Shown here one piece after another: positions 26,824 to 51,553 of a stretch of DNA of 64,000 nt. The translations under genes and the position numbers were made by a program. Under the pieces are notes generated by a model, which had not been told where the DNA came from, ran no database searches, and was given only the letters and a program-made list of their open reading frames with translations. The stretch is taken from positions 248,001-312,000 of the forward strand of contig NC_134027.1 of the NCBI RefSeq assembly GCF_964204645.1, read 5' to 3'. Positions within the stretch are counted from its first letter, which is position 1. Each line of letters begins with the position of its first letter. This DNA is from Tubulanus polymorphus (taxonomy: Eukaryota > Animalia > Nemertea).

Positions 26824-29800
26824 ATGGCTACTACCGTTACCACGAGCAACGATAACAATCGGTCGTCATCATCGATAGCAACCGTACGAAAACGTAGAAA
26901 AATGGTTCCTAGTTTAAACGTAGATGGCAGCACCGTCGGTGTTGAGCAGACGGACAAAACAACGTCCGCAAACATCGAAATCGAAACGGATTATAAGAAA
27001 CTCGAAGACACTGAAAACAACGAAATCACCGCGGATACAACGCCATTGTTGCCGGTTACTAATGACGCTCACTCTGGTAACCATGGTGATAACGATGATG
27101 ATGATTTTCAAATGAAACTGGCGACGCTTGAAAATGAGAATTCATGGTCGATTTCATTACAAGTTTTTATACCATACGTTATAGCAGGATTCGGTACAGT
27201 TGGAGCTGGCATGGTGCTAGATATAGTACAGGTAACTCTCCCCCTCCCTCCCCACCCTCCCCCACCCCTCCCTCCCCCTCCCTCCTGGGTCGGGAGCTGG
27301 CATGGTGCTAGATATAGTACAGGTTACTCTCCCCCTCCCTTCCCACCCTCCCCCACCCTTCCCCACCCCTCCCTCCCTCTCCCTCCTCCTGGGTCGGGAG
27401 CTGGCATGGTGCTAGATATAGTACAGGTAACTCTCCCCCTCCCCTCCCTCCCCCTCCCCTCCCTCCCCCTGGGTCGGGAGCTGGCATGGTGCTAGATATA
27501 GTACAGGTAACTCTCCCCCTCCCCATCCCCTCCCCCTCCCCTCCCTCCTCCTGGGTCGGGAGCTGGCATGGTGCTAGATATAGTACAGGTAACTCTCCCC
27601 CTCCCCATCCCCCCTGCCCTCCCTCCCCCTGGGTCAGGAGCTGGCATGGTGCTAGATATAGTACAGGTAACTCTCCCCCTCCCCATCCCCCCTGCCCTCC
27701 CTCCCCCTGGGTCGGGAGCTGGCATGGTGCTAGATATAGTACAGGTAACTCTCCCCCTCCCCATCCCCTCCCCCTCCCCTCCCTCCTCCTGGGTCGGGAG
27801 CTGGCATGGTGCTAGATATAGTACAGGTAACTCTCCCCCTCCCCATCCCCCCTGCCCTCCCTCCCCCTGGGTCAGGAGCTGGCATGGTGCTAGATATAGT
27901 ACAGGTAACTCTCCCCCTCCCCTCCCCCTCCCCTCCCTCCTCCTGGGTCGGGAGCTGGCATGGTGCTAGATATAGTACAGGTAACTCTCCCCCTCCCCTC
28001 CCCCTCCCCTCCCTCCTCCTGGGTCGGGAGCTGGCATGGTGCTAGATATAGTACAGGTAACTCTCCCCCTTCCCCTCTCCTCCCCTCCCTCCCTCCTCCT
28101 GGGTCGGGAGCTGGCATGGTGCTAGATATAGTACAGGTAACTCTCCCCCTCCCCTCCCCCTCCCCTCCCTCCTCCTGGGTCGGGAGCTGGCATGGTGCTA
28201 GATATAGTACAGGTAACTCTCCCCCTTCCCCTCTCCTCCCTCCTCCTGGGTCGGGAGCTGGCATGGTGCTAGATATAGTACAGGTAACTCTCCCCTCCCT
28301 CCCCCTCCCCTCCCCTCCCTCCTGGGTCGGGAGCTGGCATGGTGCTAGATATAGTACAGGTAACTCTCCCCCTCCCCTACCCCATTATGTCTTACCTTTA
28401 GTTTATCATAAACGACAAATGAATTTTTAATTGATCCCAAATTCATTGTGTTCACAGAATTCAATCACATTCTCAATCAGTCAATGATTTAAATATGAAA
28501 TAAATGCGGTGATGTGTTTCTGCTGATCATCACTGGGAGTCATTGAGTCCCAGTGAGTCTCTTTGTCAGTCTAATAGTCATAGAGTCATATATATAGAGT
28601 ACTGTGTAGTTATTCCCAGTAGTGACATACGGCAGGTGTATCAGACATTTTTAGACAAATAAAAAATAATAAATGTACCATACATTCACCTAGAACTCTT
28701 AATGTACGCGTGGATATGAATGTGATATTGAAGCAACTGAACAAAGATAATATCAGTGGAAATATTTATTTTAGTATTTTCGAAATTGGTTATAATTTTA
28801 ATAATTCAACTCTGTTTTGTGGCGGTGAATCATTGATACAGTTTGCAGCAGTTAGTTACAGATGGTGTTCAGGATTTACATTTTAAAACCTAAAACCTCG
28901 CGAACTGAATATTATTGAATATTATTTGTGTCAGCTCTTGGTATGTTCCGGTTAGGGTTTAAACCACGTGGGATTTATCTACGTTTCAATCCTGTTCACT
29001 CGTTGCTGAAACCGTTTCGAATTTGGCAGTTGTTACGAGTTTTTGAATATTTACGGTTTGATGAGAATAATGTTTGGACAGTCGGAGTTCAAGTTTTTGT
29101 ACCGTTTGTTTTGGCCGGTTTAGGAACAGTCAGCGCTGGTATCATTCTAGATATAGTACAGGTAGTTACATTATAGTTACAATGTTAGGAATACCGGGAG
29201 CCGGTTCCGCAGTTAACTTTTAAAGTTGTGAAATTGATAAATAACTAAATTAATTCTGATTTAAACATGAACTGCATGAAACACTAAACCCTGTTTCACA
29301 GTTAGTTTCAATAAATTGAAAATGAATTCAAACTTAATCAGATTTAACCTGGAACTGTGGAAGTTGATTCTGGTATCTCAAACATATATCATGAGGATAT
29401 TTACCCCAGTTTATGGATCCAGGAAGGTTTAGACTGTAAAAACTCTGACTTGAGAATGTGATGTGATATGTGTTTGATGGTATCATAAATATAGTCAGAA
29501 GTAGTCTTTGAGTTAAACAGTTTCTTTCTGAGTTTGTTCACATGTAACTGTCAATGATTCTATAACAAATGCATGTTTTGTTTATTTTCAGCATTGGGAA
29601 GTATTTGATGTAATTTCTGAGATTTTTATATTAGTACCAGCCTTACTCGGTCTGAAAGGAAACCTAGAAATGACTTTAGCTTCGAGATTATCGACACAGG
29701 TAAAATATATGAAATATCACCTCAATATTTCATTGCTGTTCCAGATATTTCTCTAATTGCTTGTGGTATTTTTAGGCGAATTTAGGGAAAATGGACTCGC

Positions 29801-32800
29801 CTAAAGAGAAATGGTTGATGATTGGTGGAAATATGGCTTTAATACAAGTAAGTGAATTCATTTAAAAGAACACCAGGACTCGTTTCAGTAAGGAGTCAGT
29901 TCAAGAAAAACTCACTTCAGTAAGGAGTCAGTTCAGTAAGGAGTCAGTTCAGGAAAGACTCACTTCAGTAAGGAGTCAGTTCAGGAATGACTCAGTTCAG
30001 TAAGGAGTCATTTCAGTAAGGAGTCAGTTCAGGAAAGACTCAGTTCAGTAGGGAGTCAGTTCAGTAAGGAGTCAGGTCAGTAAGGAGTCAGGTCAGTAAG
30101 GAGTCAGTTCAGTAAGGACTCACTTCAGTAAGGACTCACTTCAGTAAGGAGTCAGTTCAGGAAAGACTCAGTTCAGTAGGGAGTCAGTTCAGTAAGGAGT
30201 CAGGTCAGTAAGGAGTCACTTCAGTAAGGAGTCAGTTCAGTAAGGACTCACTTCAGTAAGGACTCACTTCAGTCAGGAGTCAGTTCAGGACTCTTAGAGT
30301 GAAAATTAGTTCATTTCAATGTTGAAACTCCCTGAGTCAACTACTTAACAAGACCCTCTGCTCTATTTCAAGTTTCTAAAGTAGTTGAATTTATTATATT
30401 TTCAGGCTCAGGCTATAGTTGTGGGGTTTCTAGCGTCAATGGCTGCTATGATATTCGGTTGGATTCCTAAAGGAAAGTTCGATATTGATCACGGTTTATT
30501 ATTGTGCTGTAGTAGCATCGTAACTGCATCAATAGCAAGTCTTATCTTGGGTAAATATGATTCTCTGGCCGGTCAGCGGATACTGTGGATCAGTTCCACT
30601 TCAGACTGATTGAGTTCAGTTCCACAGCGGACTTACAGTCGACTCATTGTGTTTGTTTTTATATATTTCAGGTGCTATAATGATTTTAGTTGTATTAGGA
30701 TCTCGTCAATGTAAGATCAACCCTGATAATGTAGCTACTCCGATAGCCGCCAGTCTCGGAGACGTTACAACATTGAGTCTCCTCGCTGCTATATCTGGTG
30801 TACTTTATCACGCAATAGGTACATGAGTTTTAAATTCCAATCTCCAGCACCAAACCACCAAACTTCTGCCGTTTAGACATCTTAGGGTTTGGAAGTGAGC
30901 TGATTAAGCGTCTCAGGTGAAGCACTGAACACATGTGAAGTGTGGACAATCAGTTTTTGAAAGTGCGCTGATAAAATGTCTAATATCTGGTGTTTGTAGT
31001 TCATTTTCAATTAAAAATGTCTCAGGTGAAGCACTGAACACATGTGAAGTGTGGACGATCAGTTTTTGAAAGTATGCTGATAAAATGTCTAATATCTGGT
31101 GTTTGTAGTTCATTTTCAATTAGAAATGTCTCAGTTGAAGCACTGAACACATGTGAAGTGTGGACGATCAGTTTTTGATAGTGTGCTGATAAAATGTCTA
31201 ATATCTGGTGTTTGTAGTTCATTTTCAATTAAAAATGTCTCAGGTGAAGCACTGAACACATGTGAAGTTTGGACGATCAGTTTTTGATAGTGTGCTGATA
31301 AAATGTCTAATATCTGGTGTTTGTAGTTCATTTTCAATTAGATGAAACACTGAACACATGTGAAGTGTGGACTATAGCACTGTTTGATATCATTGTATGT
31401 AATTATAAGTAAACAGGTCTGGTTGTATAATTTCAGGTAAACAGGTCTGGTTGTATAATTTCAGGTAAACAGGTCTGGCTGTCTCCCGTGATTATAGTAT
31501 TTTTTCTTGCTTTGATTCCTGTATTTTGTGTAATATCTGCTAAGAATCGTTACACCAGTGAGGTGATTTATACGGGCTGGACGCCGGTCATCTCAGCTAT
31601 GGTAATCAGCAGGTAAGCATTATTCATCTCAAATCTCTGAAATACCTCCAGTACTACACGTGCAGGATGAAGTCAATTACTGATCAGGAAAAAAGTATTT
31701 TTATAAATTCACTGAATCTCTCTCTTGTTTTCATACATTTACAGCATTGGAGGGTTAATTTTAGATTTCACCGTTGAGAACTTTCACGGCATAGCCGTTT
31801 TCCAACCAGTTATAAATGGTAAGTTGTATGTTGTGAGTTGTATGTGGTGAGTTGTGAGTTGTATGTTGTGAGTTGATGAACAATTTCATTTTACTGTAAA
31901 CTCAGACTCAGTAATTTTCAACAACTCAAACAAAAACTGATTTCCTTTTATCTCATATATCACTTGTTCTGGATTCAGTTTGTCAGCTGTATTTATGATA
32001 CTGTTATATATTATGTTTGATTGTAGGAGTTGGCGGTAATTTAGTCGCTGTTCAAGCAAGTCGTTTATCCACATATTTACATCAGATCAGTAAACCCGGT
32101 ATATTACCTGATCATATACCGCGTGGTTGTCCTAATCCATTCAAAGTTTACTGCCATTCTGGTGAGTTACTACCACTACATCTATATTCACTGTGGCCCA
32201 TTCTCTTCCATTCCCTGCTACATAGTCAGTCCATTCACTGTCACCCATTCTCTTCCATTCCCTGCTACATAGTCAGTCCATTCACTGTCACCCATTCTCT
32301 TCCATTCCCTGCTACATAGTCAGTCCATTCACTGTCACCCATTCTCTTCCATTCCCTGCTACATAGTCAGTCCATTCACTGTCACCCATTCTCTTCCATT
32401 CCCTGCTCCATAGTCAGTCCATTCACTGTGGCCCATTCTCTTCCATTCCCTGCTACATAGTCAGTCCATTCACTGTCACCCATTCTCTTCCATTCCCTGC
32501 TACATAGTCAGTCCATTCACTGTCACCCATTCTCTTCCATTCCCTGCTACATAGTCAGTCCATTCACTGTCACCCATTCTCTTCCATTCCCTGCTACATA
32601 GTCAGTCCATTCACTGTCACCCATTCTCTTCCATTCCCTGCTACATAGTCAGTCCATTCACTGTCACCCATTCTCTTCCATTCCCTGCTCCATAGTCAGT
32701 CCATTCACTGTGGCCCATTCTCTTCCATTCCCTGCTCCATAGTCAGTCCATTCACTGTCACCCATTCTCTTCCATTCCCTGCTACATAGTCAGTCCATTC

Positions 32801-34650
32801 ACTGTCACCCATTCTCTTCCATTCCCTGCTACATAGTCAGTCCATTCACTGTCACCCATTCTCTTCCATTCCCTGCTACATAGTCAGTCCATTCACTGTC
32901 ACCCATTCTCTTCCATTCCCTGCTACATAGTCAGTCCATTCACTGTCACCCATTCTCTTCCATTCCCTGCTCCATAGTCAGTCCATTCACTGTCACCCAT
33001 TCTCTTCCATTCCCTGCTACATAGTCAGTCCATTCACTGTCACCCATTCTCTTCCATTCCCTGCTACATAGTCAGTCCATTCACTGTCACCCATTCTCTT
33101 CCATTCCCTGCTACATAGTCAGTCCATTCACTGTCACCCATTCTCTTCCATTCCCTGCTCCATAGTCAGTCCATTCACTGTCACCCATTCTCTTCCATTC
33201 CCTGCTACATAGTCAGTCCATTCACTGTCACCCATTCTCTTCCATTCCCTGCTACATAGTCAGTCCATTCACTGTCACCCATTCTCTTCCATTCCTGCTA
33301 CATAGTCAGTCCATTCACTGTCACCCATTCTCTTCCATTCCCTGCTACATAGTCAGTCCATTCACTGTCACCCATTCTCTTCCTTTCCCTGCAATCGCTT
33401 GATTCTTAAGATAATGATACAAAAGAGCATCTGTGGTAAGCATTGTCTAAATAAGCTCTACACAAGTTGTCGACATTTCCAGCCTCCCATTCCTTCCAGC
33501 CTCCCATTCCTGCCTCCCATTCCTGGTACTGTATAAGAACTATCTTTTCTTTGAAAATAAATTCAAATTTCTTCAATCTCGATATGAGTATTAACAATTC
33601 TGAATCGAGTTCCGCAGTTTTTGATTGAAGTTGAGCTCTAAGAGTTCTAACAAATTTCCGGTCAAATCTCAGTACTGTGGAACTCTGGTAGAACTGCAGT
33701 GAAACTGTTGTGGAACTGTAGTGGAACTGTTGTGGAACTGCGGTGGAACTGTTGTGGAACTGTATATTGAGTTGTATGATTGTATTCTAGGAATCCACGC
33801 TCGAACAGCACGTGTTTTATTAATGATGGTTATTCCCGGTCATCTGATATTCATGTATACGATCTCCTATATGAAAGCTGGTCATACATCTATTACACTG
33901 ATGTTTGCTGCTGTTTATTTAACTGCAGCTCTCCTACAGGTACTTATTATTTATCATTTGCCTTCCCTTGACCGGTGCAAACGGCCTTTATACGGTCTAA
34001 CCTTGTTACTACTACAAACTTCATTGGATCAGAAAGTCTATTCGTTATAACCGATAGTTTGTTGTATCCAGTATGGAATCAATCAGATTGTCTTATATGG
34101 AAAAATTTAACTCAAAATCAGTCAATTATTGATACTCACAACTGAGAAACTATTGTCCCAGTTCCTCGAGACCCAGTTGTGCATTTCTTGGTTAAATCTG
34201 AGTTGAATTAGTTGATTGTTCATCTTGTTTAATAACTCCCTAAGAGTCGAATTGAACTGCAAACTCGGGGCAGGGCCCAGTTTATTCAACGTTTAAACTA
34301 CATCCTAATAGTCATCTTAAAGACTTATGAGATATATATTCACTTTGTCACTAGGATACTACTGTCATAAAGTACGTCAAAAAAGATGATTATGAATCTA
34401 AAAGCCTTGTTTATTTAAACTGAATGAATTGTATTGTTTTGAATAGTATTGATTTGTATTGCAGGTGTTCTTGCTGTTATTTATAGCTAATTGGATGGTT
34501 CACTGGATGTGGAATCAAGGCGACGATCCTGATAATTTCGCTATTCCGTATCTAACGGCGATCGGAGATTTACTCGGTACAGCGTTTTTAGCCGTCGCGT
34601 TCCAGATACTTTATCTCGTCGGCGATAAAGATTCCGATGTCGGCGATTAA
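26824..34650 (+). CDS. SLC41A1: SLC41 family (MgtE-related) magnesium transporter, isoform A ~523 aa
   Basis: Exons 26824-27231, 29592-29699, 29776-29847, 30406-30550, 30672-30818, 31465-31612, 31745-31818, 32027-32161, 33791-33939, 34465-34650, phase consistent; signature motifs [70 protein letters not shown]. The symbol is family-level; orthology to A1/A2/A3 is not resolvable. Confidence 0.95.
27201..28375 (+). repeat. Tandem array (15 copies including the real one) of the SLC41 exon 3' end plus 5' splice donor
   Basis: Unit ~70-105 bp: ggagctggcatggtgctagatatagtacag|gtaactctcccc + variable C-rich spacer. Confidence 0.95.
28943..29161 (+). CDS. Alternative paralogous first coding exon of the SLC41 gene (isoform B, ~460 aa)
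   Basis: Acceptor tcag at 28934, ATG 28943, encodes [73 protein letters not shown] then phase-0 GT donor, same junction (LDIVQ|HWEVF) as exon A. Confidence 0.8.
29880..30292. repeat. Minisatellite, ~16 bp unit
   Basis: cagtaaggagtcagtt variants in an SLC41 intron. Confidence 0.92.
30910..31375. repeat. Tandem repeat, 109 bp unit, ~4 copies
   Basis: tctcaggtgaagcactgaacacatgtgaagtgtggacgatc... repeats at 109 bp spacing (explains three near-identical ORFs). Confidence 0.95.
32188..33392. repeat. Minisatellite, 47 bp unit, ~25 copies
   Basis: ccattctcttccattccctgctacatagtcagtccattcactgtcac, highly homogeneous. Confidence 0.97.
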
Positions 34651-37090
34651 CGAACGTTTCGTTAATTAGTTGGACATGATTTTAATTAGTCGTTACTTAT
34701 TGATGTACGCTGATGAAATGTATCTCAATAATGCATATCCCTCCCATTCCGTAGTCGCGCAATTAGAATTTGAATTTAGGGTTGAATATGATTTAAAAAT
34801 CAGTTCTGACCGAAGAATAGAATTTCATAACTTTTTGTGCGTAATAATCAATACAGTAGACTCTACCTTACTCGGCAGACTGGTCAAACTCGGGGTAAAG
34901 GATAAGGGTTTTGGTTACTACGAAACTCGGTGAGATATTTACAGCAGTCTCAACGCTACAGAGTTCTTTAATTCTAAACACTGTGCAATACTTAGAGCAG
35001 TCCCAAAGCCACCAAGTAAGATTTAGTTTACAGTATGTATAAATCTATTTTCATAAGAAAGAATTTATTGTCTATTTTCTAATTTGTACTTATTTGCTCA
35101 AAACAAACTTAAAGTACGAAATGAACAACATGATATAAAACATGACTCATCTGTGCAACTGCAGATAAAGTTTTAAGTGCTGCTAAAACTTCATGAAGCT
35201 CAAAATTGTGTGAAAAACTATTTCAGAAAATGATGGATCAATCCTAAATCTTCATACAGATTAAAGATTAGTGTCCTTCTTATTGGTGCTTGTTTAACAA
35301 ACCTGTATCATTCTTACCTCGAAGATAAGCTATTCAAATGTATATAAATTATCATCACTTGTTCTATGCAGTTTTACTGATAAATGTTTTTATCCCAAGG
35401 GCTGAAATATTTGAAGTTGTAATGTGATATGTTGCTGGTGTCTGCTGATTAGATTAATTATATAAATGTATTTATAGCAATAAGTCTTGAACTGAATTCA
35501 TTACAGGAACCAGTTTCCAATTGAGTTGCACAGTCTTGACTGAAACTGAAAGTGGTCTGAAGTCTTATTGCTGGTCTTTAATTGTTAAGATTGTAATAGT
35601 TGTAGGATCTCAATCCCACTGTAATGTTCATACTGTTTGTTGACATGTTGTGACTATGATGTAAGGGCAATCTGTATTGGTCAGTCACAGTCCTAGTTTC
35701 TGATTGGTCTACATGAAGTGGTCTGCTAACCCTAGGGTTACCGTGATTGGCTAACCCTAGGTATCCACAGTGACCTAGTAGTCTGCTAGGGTTAATGTGA
35801 TTGGCTAGCGCTAGTTGGTGGTCATTGATTGGTCAGTGGTATTTGATAGCCTCACAGTAGGGATAAGGGGTCAGCTCATATACTCACACAGTTGCCCCCA
35901 TTTGACATACAGACCCAAACAGTCAATTCAAAATGAACTTATTTTAACTCTGTCATAAATAAATACAGACTTGGCTCCAGTAAGTGTGAATTTAAGTGAG
36001 AATGAAATTATGTATTTCAGCTGGGTATCAGTTTGACTGACTTTAAGTATAAATGTGCTGAGTATGTGGAGGTGTTATAACTGAGGCTGGGATGTTTGTG
36101 TTTAGAATTATTCAAATTTTAGTAGATTTAATTAATATGTTGATAAAATGTACAAATAAAATCACTGCTTATACTGTACACTATTGGTTTTAAATAAATA
36201 AAAGATTATATCTTGTTGGTAATTTAAAGTTTTGTTTGTTTGTTTTTTTGTATGAAAAAGTTTTCTCAGAATGTGTTCATGTTTTGGTTTTTCATCATTC
36301 ACTCTCAATTGAATCCTAACCAGTTCATGATCGAAGTTGAAATGTAGACATTGATTGATTTTGGAAAATCCTTTCTTTTTAAATATTTATCCTAGAAAAA
36401 GAAATATTCTCAATTTTTCTATCAAAAAAAAATAATAAAAGAAAGGTATGAAATTTCAAAGACTTTATTTTGCTGGCCAGGTGACCACAATACAGGTCGG
36501 GTATTGTTTTCTAATTTACAAAATTATTAATGACGACCGCCAGCAATTAATTGAATAGTTGGACCGCGCTGGATGAAGCGGAGGTTATGTTCCGATGACT
36601 GCTGGTAAAATGTTCCGCGTACAATAGGAACCGGTGTGCGGCACGTGTGGAGTCTGTGTGTAGTTGCACTCTGAGAGTCTGACTGAGACAGTCTGGAGAT
36701 GCTCGTTACGATTTCGTCGATTTAAGGTACTTTTACGCACTTTTCTGCCATATACAAACCATCTAGAATGATATCGGCATCTTGCATTCGCTTGCGGCAA
36801 CTTTCAAAGCCGAATTTAAGTTTAAAACGTGGTAGAATAAAGGATAGATTTTAGTTTATGAGTTAGACACAAGTTGTCAGCACTGGCGCCGCTTTACAAT
36901 CGGCCATTTTTCATTTATTACGTGTATTTAGAATCACAAAGCATCTTCAGATACCGATGACAGTTCATTTATCAGACGAAGTTGGACAGTGAGACTAAAA
37001 TCAGATTTCATTGAAGCTGTTATTGTTTGTGGTTCCGTGGATTGTGTGGTATCAGCCAGATTTGTTTCTATTGAATGTTGGAAATTTTAG

Positions 37091-49371
<12,281 letters not shown>

Positions 49372-50929
49372 ATTGTATTTAAACCGTTCATTCTCCTACA
49401 AATACTGTTCTTAAGTTATTGATATCAACAGCTCACATCAGTTATTTCTACAATCAGTGAAAACACTGTTTGAACAGACCGAGGCCGAGTTGCACAGTCG
49501 TGCAGACTTCATGATTGGTCTCAAGTTGTTGGATTGGCTCTATAACTAAAATAAGCTTAGACTGGTTTTAAGTGGTTAGATTGGTTATAGGACCAAAGTG
49601 AGCTTCGACTGGTTTTAAGTTGTAAGATTAGTGATAGAGCCAAAATGAGCTTAGACTGGTTTTAAGTTGTAAGATTAGTGATAGAGCCAAAATGAGCTTA
49701 GACTGGTTTTGAATTTAGGCCATGACTGTGAATCTAGCCGTGAGATTATTGGAATTTCTAGTGTCTCAGCTATTTGACTCAAGCGATACACGGTGTAAAT
49801 GAGATCTCGTGTCGAGTGAGACTTGAGGTTTTACTGAGAATGTGTGGAACTGGTTCTAGGATTAAAGATAACTTACATCGCATAATCTAAAACAGAACTC
49901 TGTTGGCTGGATTAGATCGGTGGGCTAGATTATATCGGGGGGGGGGGGGGTATTTTGTAATTCTGATGAAATAAAACTGATATAATATGTGGCTTTATTT
50001 TCACTAGTAGAAACATTCACTATGAAACAACTGATTTATGACAACACTGTGCTTCATTCAATAGATTATCAATTGAACTTTGTAAAAATAGAACCCAGTT
50101 CTGCAATTGTTGTGGATATATTTTATACTGTAGCTTTGAGTTAAGTGCGATGGTTGTGTTCGGTGATCAGTTCCACAATTGTGGAGTCTCTTATTTGATT
50201 CCATCTCTTCAGTCATTCAGTCAAAGCAATCTTTAGACGAGTGAGATGATGTTTGACTGGTGTGAAATAGTGAAGCTGATCCCCGGTGATCTACTTCAGG
50301 GTGTAGTTGGAACTGTGAACTCTTTACGATGACCCTTAGTAATTGTTCTGTATAATTCCTTGCTGGTATTTAATGTTTATTCACTGTATTTGCAGAATTC
50401 TGGTCTGAGCAGAAAATAATAAATTATATGCATTCATTGTGTACCTTGTAAATGAATATTGTTAGTTCATGATTTCTTCTAAAGCTGGTCGTACTACGGA
50501 GGGCAGATTCAAATTGACACCTTCGCAGGAGAGGCGGAGGTACAGAAAACTGATTAGAAATAAAACTAATCAAACAGAGGAACATGATATACTGCAGGAT
50601 GAGTGGACTATAATCAATAGAGAGATAACTACACTATACAGGGGTGTCCCGGGTTCAAACCCAGTAATTACTGACACTGATTCAGATAGTCTAGTACCTA
50701 GCCGTCGTTATACAAACAAGGGAACCGTAACAACGACTGGTATTCAGACTATCATTCAGAGTGATCTTGATGCTGAATAGAGGATGTACAGGGTGTCCGC
50801 CCGGGTTCGAACCCAGTAATTATTGACACTGATTCAGAGTGGTCCTGATGCTGAATAGAGGATGTACAGGGGTGTCCGCCCGTGTTCGAAACATGTAAAT
50901 GCCGATAATACTGTTCGAACCCATATATA

Positions 50930-51085
50930 TTTTAACCGTCAAGTGCTGCCCCTATACATATCGTAGACGGTGAATATATGAACTAACTCATTACTCGCGC
51001 GCCACAGTAGGAAAATTGAACAGTCAGTTAGTTCCCAAATTCACCGCATATGATACACATAGGGGCAGCACCTAACAGTAAAAAA
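50930..51085. mobile_element. Small inverted-repeat element upstream of the PLA2 gene
   Basis: gtgctgcccctat...cggtgaat...gaactaact mirrored by agttagttc...attcaccgc...ataggggcagcac. Confidence 0.7.
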
Positions 51086-51553
51086 CCAACTGTATGTCAA
51101 GACTGGAACAGAATTGAATGAATTCGTAATTAAGAGTGAGAGCTTTGAGTGAGAGCCATCACAGGGTTCACTCACTCACACTACCGATCACAATTTGGGG
51201 CTGATCTTATTGGCGTTCCAAATTATACCCTCTGAAAATACATCCATCATCTGAAACATATCTGTAAGGCCAAAATTCGCTTTTTTAAACATGGGTCAGT
51301 TGTGCTGTAATCTATTTTCCTAAATTCATGATCCACTAAATTATTTCACCTTGAAATCAATATCATCGAGTAGGAATAAGTAAAAGGGGCAACGTGCTTA
51401 TTCACTGGTACAACTATCGGGAATGAACTCGCACAAAACTGATAATGATCGATGGAATTAAGTTGTGTTTTATCAGTTGTGAACTCGTCATGTGTGAACC
51501 TTGAACGATAAAAATTATATTTTCATTTTATATTGTATTTTAGTTCGGTAAAC

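Noticed and set aside
27201-28375. Constant repeat plus variable spacer resembling CRISPR, and many Pro-rich ORFs
   Set aside because: Spacers are low-complexity C/T runs and the constant part is the SLC41 exon end and donor; the ORFs are repeat translations.
30913-31337. Three near-identical 68 aa ORFs suggesting a peptide gene cluster
   Set aside because: Overlapping products of a 109 bp tandem repeat inside an SLC41 intron.
34670-34933. 87 aa ORF after SLC41
   Set aside because: Lies in the probable 3' UTR with no homology signal.
50469-50780. 103 aa ORF between UBA1 and PLA2
   Set aside because: No recognisable homology; its 3' half overlaps duplicated B-box-containing repeat sequence (cccgggttcgaacccag).
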